64,000 bases of DNA from Candidatus Dojkabacteria bacterium (GTDB lineage Bacteria > Patescibacteriota > Dojkabacteria > SC72), in NCBI GenBank assembly GCA_041678505.1, contig JBAYOB010000001.1, forward strand, positions 1,667-65,666, written 5' to 3'. Positions 49,862 through 58,300 of the stretch are shown in pieces. Made by a program: the position numbers and the translations under genes. The notes beneath the pieces were generated by a model. The model made no database searches. It was not told where the DNA came from and was given only the letters and a program-made list of their open reading frames with translations. Each line of letters opens with the position of its first letter. Position 1 is the stretch's first letter.

Positions 49862-50488
49862 ATGTCTGTAGAAACGCCATCTTCTCTAATAGAACAAAAT
49901 AGCCTTGAGAAATCTGTTCAAGAGAAAGTACTCGGAAGAATAGGACCTATCTTAAGAGCGGAAGAATTACTCCTTCATTATCGGGAAGGTGCTACGGAGT
50001 TTGATTTTGAAGATGGGATATTTATAATAGGTGAGGAAAAACAAGTAGAAATTTTGAAATATATAGATGCTATGTGTTATGTTGGACCATATGAGATTGC
50101 AATGATTGATGTAGTGCCTTTTTATGCACCAAACGAGGAAGGAAGACAAGACATATTGGTTTCTGCTCTTTTAACAGAAGTGCTTCCTTTTAAAAATAAA
50201 GATATCTTTGAATTACATTCAGATATTGATGTTCTTATTACCTGTGATTCGAGAGAAGCCCTTGTTGAAATTGCAAAAAGATTAATGGGAAACGCAATGT
50301 ATGAAAGCCTTTTAAACCCTTTTCCTTATGCGATTTCAATTTCAGATGAAGATGGGACGGAAAAAGTTGAAATACACCATCTCTTAAGATATGTAGGAGA
50401 ATATCCTGAGATTGCAAAAACTAGTAAGATATTTCGGGAAAGAGGAATAACAGGACCATATAGTGGAACTTTCCATTTAAGAGAGTAA
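49862..50488 (+). CDS. hypothetical protein with possible nucleotidyltransferase-like SDIDV motif
   Basis: 208-aa ORF filling the yebC-ruvC gap; HSDIDVLI. Confidence 0.55.
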   Translation: MSVETPSSLIEQNSLEKSVQEKVLGRIGPILRAEELLLHYREGATEFDFEDGIFIIGEEKQVEILKYIDAMCYVGPYEIAMIDVVPFYAPNEEGRQDILVSALLTEVLPFKNKDIFELHSDIDVLITCDSREALVEIAKRLMGNAMYESLLNPFPYAISISDEDGTEKVEIHHLLRYVGEYPEIAKTSKIFRERGITGPYSGTFHLRE

Positions 50489-50515
50489 TCTCCCCTGTTT
50501 ATGTTACAATATCAT

Positions 50516-50980
50516 ATGCGAATATTAGGAATAGACCCTGGTTTGGCTACTACAGGATGGGCAATTGTAGATTTTGATAAGAATGGAGATCCGGAAGTAA
50601 TAGATTACGGTTGTATATCTACAGAGAAAGGATTGCCTGTATCTACTCGTCTTTTAGAGATATTCAATGATATGCAGGAATTAATAGAGACATTTAAGCC
50701 AGATTTAGCAGGAGTTGAGACATTAATATTTTACAATAATGCGAAAACTGCTATGAATGTGGGTGAGGCAAGGGGAGTTGTGAGGGTGGTCTTAGAACAA
50801 AACAGTATCCCTGTAAAGGAATTTACACCTTTACAAGTTAAGAGTGCTGTAACAGGTTATGGAAAGGCTGAAAAGAAGCAAGTACAGGAAAATGTCAAAA
50901 TGTTGTGTAACTTAGATGAGATTCCTAAACCTGATGATGCTGCAGATGCAATAGCTATTGCTATAGCCTCATCTTCATGA
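50516..50980 (+). CDS. ruvC: Holliday junction resolvase
   Basis: ILGIDPG, GEARG, TGYGKAEKKQV, DDAADA. Confidence 0.95.
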   Translation: MRILGIDPGLATTGWAIVDFDKNGDPEVIDYGCISTEKGLPVSTRLLEIFNDMQELIETFKPDLAGVETLIFYNNAKTAMNVGEARGVVRVVLEQNSIPVKEFTPLQVKSAVTGYGKAEKKQVQENVKMLCNLDEIPKPDDAADAIAIAIASSS

Positions 50981-51030
50981 TTTTCTAATGTGTTTAATCC
51001 TTCCTACCTTAAATCCTGTATAATATATAT

Positions 51031-51612
51031 ATGATCTCATATATAACGGGTATCGTATTAAAAAGTAATATATCTAAAAACTCGTATGTAGATATATTAA
51101 CAGATAGTGGGATAGGGTATAGGGTAAACATTCCTAATTCATATACTCCTTTATCTAAAGGAGAGAAATACTCACTATTTACCTATTTACATGTAAGAGA
51201 GGATACTCAAACTCTTTTTGGTTTTGAAAAAGAAGAGGAAAGAGATTTCTTTGAACAGATAATTTCAGTATCGGGGATAGGTCCTAAGACAGGGCTGGCA
51301 ATCCTTTCAACATATTCTAAGAGTAAACTAGAAGATATTATATTAAAGGGTGACTCTAAGGCTTTAAGTAAGGCCCCAGGTTTAGGAAGTAAGGGTGCAC
51401 AAAAGATAATATTGGAACTGAGAGGGAAGATAGATTTTGATGAAAAAGAGAGTAAGGAAGAAGAAATAATTAAGGAGCTAAAGGAGGTATTAAAGGCATT
51501 AGGTTTTTCAGGAGAACAGTTGAAAGAGAAGGTAACTATTGGAGAAAAGATATTATCAAAGAAGAAACAAATTAGTATAGAAGAACTTATTAAGGAGGTA
51601 TTAAACAAATGA
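51031..51612 (+). CDS. ruvA: Holliday junction branch migration protein
   Basis: GIGY, VRED..LFGF, VSGIGPK, PGLGSKGAQKIILEL. Confidence 0.95.
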   Translation: MISYITGIVLKSNISKNSYVDILTDSGIGYRVNIPNSYTPLSKGEKYSLFTYLHVREDTQTLFGFEKEEERDFFEQIISVSGIGPKTGLAILSTYSKSKLEDIILKGDSKALSKAPGLGSKGAQKIILELRGKIDFDEKESKEEEIIKELKEVLKALGFSGEQLKEKVTIGEKILSKKKQISIEELIKEVLNK

Positions 51613-52637
51613 TAAAGTCTACGGTAGATAAGAAAAAAACAGAGAAGAAAAAAGGAAAAGTTGTAGATTCTACATCTACAATTCCAGAATTAGAACAAAA
51701 AATTAGACCAAGTAAGTTAGATGAAATAATAGGGAGGAAAACAGAGAAAGAAACACTAGAAATGATGATAAATTCAGCTCAGAAAAGAAATGAGGTGATA
51801 GATCATATACTTTTCTATGGTCCTCCTGGTTTAGGGAAAACTACTTTTGCTATTGCAATAGCAAATGAAATAGGGGCATCTATTAAGATAACATCAGGAC
51901 CAGCAGTGGAGCGACAGGGAGATTTAGCTGCAATAGTAACGGGGTTAAAAGCTAATGATGTTCTTTTTATAGATGAAATACATAGATTGTCTAAGGTGGT
52001 GGAGGAGGTTCTTTATCCTGTTATGGAAGATAGGGTTTTAGACATTATAATGGGGAAAGGTCCTTCTGCTAAGACAATACGGTTGACACTAGAACCGTTT
52101 ACTTTGATAGGGGCTACAACTCAAATTGGGAAAATTAGTTCTCCTATGCGAGATAGATTCGGTTTAATACAGCGACTAGATTTCTTTTCCCAATCAGATT
52201 TAGTTTCTATTCTTGAGCGTGCTAGTAAATTGTGGGATATTAAGGCGGAAAAGGATGCTTTGAAGATGTTAGCTAATTGTTCTAGAGGAACGGCTAGGGT
52301 AGGGCTTAGATTGTTAAGAAGGACAAGGGATTATGCAGATAAAAAGAAATCAAGCACCATTACAGAAGAGATAGTAATTAAAACGATGCAACTTTTAGGA
52401 GTAGATCTTCAAGGTCTGGAGGAGATAGATAGAACAATACTTAGGACTATGTTAAATAATTTTGCAGGAGGACCTATCGGTCTTTCTACTTTAGCAGCAT
52501 CTATCTCTGAGGATGAAGTTACTTTAGCTGATGTACATGAACCCTATCTCATGAAGTGTGGCTACATTAAAAGAACATCTAGGGGTAGAGTATTAACAAC
52601 GAAAGGTCTAAAATATATAGAATCTGTAGATGGATAA
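51609..52637 (+). CDS. ruvB: Holliday junction branch migration helicase
   Basis: GPPGLGKTT, TSGPA, FIDEIHRL, GATT, RDRFG, EPYL, RGR. Confidence 0.97.
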   Translation: MIKSTVDKKKTEKKKGKVVDSTSTIPELEQKIRPSKLDEIIGRKTEKETLEMMINSAQKRNEVIDHILFYGPPGLGKTTFAIAIANEIGASIKITSGPAVERQGDLAAIVTGLKANDVLFIDEIHRLSKVVEEVLYPVMEDRVLDIIMGKGPSAKTIRLTLEPFTLIGATTQIGKISSPMRDRFGLIQRLDFFSQSDLVSILERASKLWDIKAEKDALKMLANCSRGTARVGLRLLRRTRDYADKKKSSTITEEIVIKTMQLLGVDLQGLEEIDRTILRTMLNNFAGGPIGLSTLAASISEDEVTLADVHEPYLMKCGYIKRTSRGRVLTTKGLKYIESVDG

Positions 52638-53451
52638 AATTGGTAGGAATATAGATGAGGAAAAGAGAGGTAAACTTCTAGTTCTTGCAGCTTTTATCTC
52701 TATTGCTATCTTTGTCACTAAGATTACTCAAGCACAGGCTCAGATTGTAGTATGGAGAGTGTATCTTAATGCAGCAATATATTTCTTAATTGCATTCGTT
52801 GGATTAATTTGGGCATTTGGATTTCAGATTAAGAAAAAGTCTATACTATTTATTCTTCTTCCCTCCTTTTATGTCTTTTCTCAAGCTCTGTTTATAGAGT
52901 TTTTCTTTTTCCAGAAGTTTAGTCGTATTTATGAAGCCATTATACTTCTTCTGTTAATATTTTTGGCCTTTTTAGGTAACTATGTTTCATTCTTAATGGC
53001 CAATGTTTTAAATGTAGATCTGTTTAAAAAAATACCTCTTGCACAGGTAGGTAGAACCTCTTCCTATCTGGTTTCTCTTCTAATGATGTATTTTTTTACT
53101 TTTAGTTTCCTAGTTAGTGGCTTCCCGCTGTATATTTTACTTCCTCTTCTGTTACTATCATATATTTTTGTTGTTTCTGTTCATTACTCTAATATTGGCC
53201 TAGAGGGTAGGGAGCTTTTAAGAAAAAGTATATTAACAATATTAATATCATTTACTCTTTTTCTAGGGATATTCCTAACAGGAGATGCTCATGAAGTTGT
53301 TGCTGCTATACCTGTTCTTGGTTATTTCTTTACAGTAGGGGTAGTTAGTAGAGAGAGAGTTGTTCACAGTAAAGCTAAAGGGATCTATTTGTATGCAATC
53401 ATTTTAGTAATAATGTTCCTTTTTGCAGTATTTTTAAATATTCGCAATTAG
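52630..53451 (+). CDS. polytopic membrane protein
   Basis: About 9 hydrophobic helices; overlaps the ruvB stop. Confidence 0.7.
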   Translation: MDKIGRNIDEEKRGKLLVLAAFISIAIFVTKITQAQAQIVVWRVYLNAAIYFLIAFVGLIWAFGFQIKKKSILFILLPSFYVFSQALFIEFFFFQKFSRIYEAIILLLLIFLAFLGNYVSFLMANVLNVDLFKKIPLAQVGRTSSYLVSLLMMYFFTFSFLVSGFPLYILLPLLLLSYIFVVSVHYSNIGLEGRELLRKSILTILISFTLFLGIFLTGDAHEVVAAIPVLGYFFTVGVVSRERVVHSKAKGIYLYAIILVIMFLFAVFLNIRN

Positions 53452-53920
53452 AGAAATATGTGTGTTGTTTCATGAGAGTAGGGGGAGGGCACCTTGGAGC
53501 CCATAGTATCCGATGGCCTGTAGTAATCGGTGTGGATAAGGTTCTGCTAAATAAATCTTAGATGAAAATAAAAGAGACAGTATAGTAGAAGTATATCTTT
53601 TTAACGAATTTATATTCTTCTTGTATTTAATCATTTTAAATAATGGGGTTACTTCTTCTCCCCTTTACGATAATATGTTACAATACCAAATATGGCAATC
53701 GAGTATAATCATCCTTATATGCGGTGATGTACTCTGGGGCTTTGGAGGAGACTCTCTAAGATCTAATTTAAGATATTTAAATTAAATGAGATATATGATC
53801 AACCACACTTACCACAATTCAATCCTGTATTACTCTCTCTCATTCATATGTTCCTCATCAGCTTTTCAAAAAATAGTCCCCTACTCTGGTTGTTTAAATT
53901 TTAATTTGATATAAAGAGAT

Positions 53921-55285
53921 ATGGACAATTTCCCTAAATTAGAAGATCAAGATGACTTCTTACTCTACCTTCAGAATAATAATTACAGCATACAGAGCAT
54001 TCATAACTATGCACGTGATCTTTGTATATTTGCTACCTTTCTGTATTTCAGGAATGTAAAGTTTAAGAATATTACTAAGAGAGATATAAGTACGTTTAAA
54101 GGATACTTAGTTGCAGGAGAACATTTAAAAGATTTGGATAGATTTAGAGGTCAATACAGAAGAAAGATTGATACAGCAAGGGTTCAGAAGGACGAAGCTC
54201 TCAGAGGCGATCTAAGGCATGTTGAAATTCAAAGTGATACAGTTACACCTTTTGAAGAGGATGAAAAGTCGGTGAAACATGAGGAGAAGTTTGAAAGCAA
54301 ATTTTTGACTGATGTTTACAGTAAGGTCTATGGAAGTCTTGGGAAATTTTCTAAACCGTTGAATAGTTCAGCTAGGAAAAATAATGGATTGGATCCAAGG
54401 AGTATAAATAGGATGTTATCTGCTTTGAGATCTTTTTTAAGATTCAGAATATCTTGGGATTTGGATGTTCCAATTCCTCCAGATGCAATTGATATGATGA
54501 AAGCAGAAAAAAGGACAAAGAAGGTTGCTGATTTAGAAGAGCTTGTTAAATTAATTGAATCACCAATGCTTTTTGAGAGAGATGAAAGGGTGGCTTTAAG
54601 AAATAGGTGTATGCTAGAGATGTTAATTTCAACAGGTATGAGGATATCAGAGTTGATCTCTTTGGATTTGGAACAGATTAATGAAGATGGTAAATTATAT
54701 ATTATTGGTAAAGGTAAGAAAGAAAGATCTGTGTTTTTAACATCAAGGAGTTTGGATTGGTTAAATAAATATTTAGTGGTTAGGTTAAAATATGCATTTT
54801 TGGATAGGAGTAAAGATGAACAACCAGTAGAAATGAATGGGATTTTTGATGAAAATTATAGTGAAAAAGACCGTGAAACATCTGAGGTTTCTAACTTAAA
54901 TTTAGAAATTTTTGATAAAGGGAATAGGAAATATATAGGGCTGGTTGAAAAGTATAGGAAAAGTGGTCTGTTAAGTAAGTTTGATTCCCCTGCCCTATTT
55001 ATTCCTTTCTCAGGTGTTAGAGCTAAAAAACCTAATTCAAGATTATCTACAAACTATTTACAAGAAAGAATTGCTGTGTATAGAAGGAAGTTAGGTATAC
55101 AGATACCTACCTCTGCTCATAGCTTAAGGCATGGTTTTGCTACCTACTTGGCAGAACAAGGAGCTAGTCCAGTGGCGCTACAACTGTTGTTAGGTCATGA
55201 GAGTTTAAATACTACTACAAGGTATGTCCATGCAAGTGAGAAATTTGCAGAGGAAACTGTTAGAAAGAATCATCCATTGAAATAA
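53921..55285 (+). CDS. Xer-family tyrosine recombinase with two large insertions
   Basis: SAM-like N-domain; R241 (TGMR), K264 (GKG), H400-x-x-R403, H426 (LGH), Y435. Confidence 0.9.
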   Translation: MDNFPKLEDQDDFLLYLQNNNYSIQSIHNYARDLCIFATFLYFRNVKFKNITKRDISTFKGYLVAGEHLKDLDRFRGQYRRKIDTARVQKDEALRGDLRHVEIQSDTVTPFEEDEKSVKHEEKFESKFLTDVYSKVYGSLGKFSKPLNSSARKNNGLDPRSINRMLSALRSFLRFRISWDLDVPIPPDAIDMMKAEKRTKKVADLEELVKLIESPMLFERDERVALRNRCMLEMLISTGMRISELISLDLEQINEDGKLYIIGKGKKERSVFLTSRSLDWLNKYLVVRLKYAFLDRSKDEQPVEMNGIFDENYSEKDRETSEVSNLNLEIFDKGNRKYIGLVEKYRKSGLLSKFDSPALFIPFSGVRAKKPNSRLSTNYLQERIAVYRRKLGIQIPTSAHSLRHGFATYLAEQGASPVALQLLLGHESLNTTTRYVHASEKFAEETVRKNHPLK

Positions 55286-55302
55286 CAAGAAAATCCAATT
55301 TT

Positions 55303-58300
55303 CTAATTTGCATCATTAATGATAGAGTAGAATGCATGTAGAATGTATGTTAGTTTTTCTCCCTCTTCATGTTGTTCTGTGGTACTAGTAGTATTTAAGT
55401 CCGGATGAGCTCTTTTTAGTATATTGATATATACCTTACGCCAATCTTTAAACTGTGATCTCTGTTTTCTAATTAAAAAGATTTTTTCCGCTTCAGTAAG
55501 AGATGAAGGGCCATTATCTAGTAGTTTTGCAAGAATCTGTATGGGCAAATTCCTTACTGTTTCAAGAAAATTATATGACTGCTGTTCAATAGGGTCTGAA
55601 GAGTCTTTATTAAATCCCCAAAATGGGTCATATTTCTGTTCTGGTTGTTCATGTTCAGACTGTTCAGAGGATGCCGAGTCTCCATCTGTAAAGTTTCCTT
55701 TATATCTGAGATATTCCTGTATTATTGGAATTTTACTAATATAGTTTTCGTACATGTCTACATAAAGCCCGTTCCTTAGTCCAGGATTTCCATATCCTTC
55801 TGCTTGTGATTCGTATTCGAATGCTGGAGTTATTAAATCTCCTCCTTTAATCCAATTTCTATGCAGTCCAGTAGAAGTAATATTTCCTTCTTCATGAATT
55901 CCTCCTATCCAAACTCTACCTTTTGTATCCTTGTAGAGCGTGTATCTTAAAGAATTATCGTTAGAGGGATAGACTTCAACTGTAACTTCACCACCATAAA
56001 AAAGGCTCCTTTGACTCCATGTGTCAATGAGATTGGAATAGTTAGGAGACTCTTCTTCGGTAAGTACTAATTCTTCTGGAGGTACTTTTTCATTTGAGCC
56101 TGTTGTATAAGGGAAGTTCTTGAGTTCTCTAGGGTTTTCGTTTATCTCTTGATAATAAGAGTACTTCTCAGATTCCGTGTTATTTACCTGATTGTATTTT
56201 GTTCCTAGTCTTGCAGTACCGGCAAAAACGAATTCAGCATCATCTATTGCTAGAATAGAATTTTCATCCTTTGTTATCTCTGATAAGGCTTTACTTATTG
56301 GAATTGGAAGCCCAAGGCTTTCTTCACTCCATCCCTTACCATACCATCCAATAGAACTGTTATCATTTGGGTCAAGACTGTAGTAAGGCAATAGTCTCCA
56401 TGTGGCAGAAGAGTTGCTAAGATAATAAGATCTTGCATAAACCTTATCTTCCTGTTCTACATATGCTACAACAGCCAAGCGGTTACCCATAATTCTGTAT
56501 GCTGATGAGGATAACCATATTACAGAGTTTTCCATGTTTATTCTGTATTTTGGTGATAAACCTTTCTCTCTTAATATCTCTGCAGTTAAGGTTTTTCCCT
56601 GATATAGATCACCTTCTATTATTACTTTGTCTAATATTCTCTCTGCGTCATCACTTTCCAATGTATGGATACCATAAGCTATTTCACCTTGTGTAAAAGG
56701 AGAATCCTCCAAAACTTGTTCTGGAGTGCTACTTTGATACGATTGCTCAGAAGATGTAATTTCTTCATCAAGAGGTATATTTCCTACAAAAGAACCCGCC
56801 TCTTCTTCTTTTATACGTAGAATTCTTTGAGCTAACACTCTACTAGTTATTATTTCTCTTTCCTCTATAGGTTTCATTGTGCCCCACTCTACCCAAGTAC
56901 TGTTTTCCTTAATACCAGATTGTACTTTTTGGAATCCACCATTATTGCCATGAGGGAAAAGGTTTATTCTTCTTCTACCTCTTTGTCCGTCGGCAGAAGA
57001 GATATTATCTAGTACATTTGTAAGTACTTCTATTTTAGTGTCATTTTCTTGAGAAAGAAGTGTATCAACTAGGTCCTCTATCTCAATTGGTTGGCTATCC
57101 ATAAACCATCCTAAATTAGTAAGTGTAAAAGAGTGATTACCCATTATAAATATCTGTCCGTTAGGCATAAATTTATAGTTCTTATCTGTATAATCTTTTC
57201 CAAAAACCTGTGTAATAAGTATTTCTCTAGTGTATTCTTCAAGTAGAGGGTCTACAGGCTCAGGTTTGGGGATTTCAACATTTAATTCAGGTATAGATAA
57301 AATAGTTTCTCTAATAATTCTTCCTTCTTTAGCTGGGAAAAGAGATGCTATAGCTAAAGATGAAGTAATACCTAATGTGTTTAGTGTAAGATTGGGAGTA
57401 GTATCCACCAATGTTGTTAGGTCTATAGAATCTACAGTGGCTTCAAAATTAAAATTAATTCCAGGGGAACTTTGGGTTATCGTTTGTCCAGGGGATGAAG
57501 CAGGGAAATTAACAGGTAGCCCATTGTTAAGTTGTTGTAACCATCTCATTACTGTGGGAGAATTTGTTATTTCAAATTGTTCAGCAGGTTGTACAGGATT
57601 GTTTAGTCCAAATTCAGTTCTAATATTTGCATCATTAATATTATGCCCCCCTCCATCTCTATACAAAAAATTTTGTAACTCATGTTTTTCTCCCTGCATG
57701 TTAGGGTTGTACTCTTTTGCTACGGTGAGGATCTTATCGAGCAAGGATGGCACAGAATCTCCTGTCTCTACCTTAATAATGGAAGAGCTTGGTGTCCCTT
57801 CTGTGACAGAAATAGATTCAGATCCAGGGATACTAGATAGTTGTGCAAGGTTAATATTGTGTGCAGTACCGTTAATCTGAACAACAGTATCTCCGTTAGC
57901 TTGTATGTTTGAGATAGACATAGATGCTGTGGAACCATCACTCATTGATGCTTTCAATGCACCGGTCAATTGTGATTGATTCATAATGGAAAGGTTCCCA
58001 CTACTGTCGGAGTGAATTATTCCTACTACTTCTCCCTGTTGTCCTACTATTGTTCCCATTATTCCTGTATTTGAACCTGTAAACTCAGAAACAGATACTT
58101 TCCCAAAGCCAGGGTTTTGAATTTCAAAAAGTTTTTCAGCCCCAACAGTGTTCTTAGCATAGAATTCATTAGTATTAGGGACATGTACTAAATCAGCAGC
58201 CCCATCTCCATCTAGATCGATTAGATTTACATCTCTCCCTGTGTGGTCTTTGTATTGGGACACATTTGCATTTTGATTATTTAATGCATTTCTATACTGA

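Noticed and set aside
53531-53539. oriC, from a perfect DnaA box
   Set aside because: Only one box, no dnaA/dnaN nearby and no evident skew change
53452-53920. RNase P RNA, tmRNA or SRP RNA in the large spacer
   Set aside because: No GAGGAAAGTCC, no tRNA-like GGGG..TCCACCA ends and no SRP GGAA/AGCAG loop on either strand
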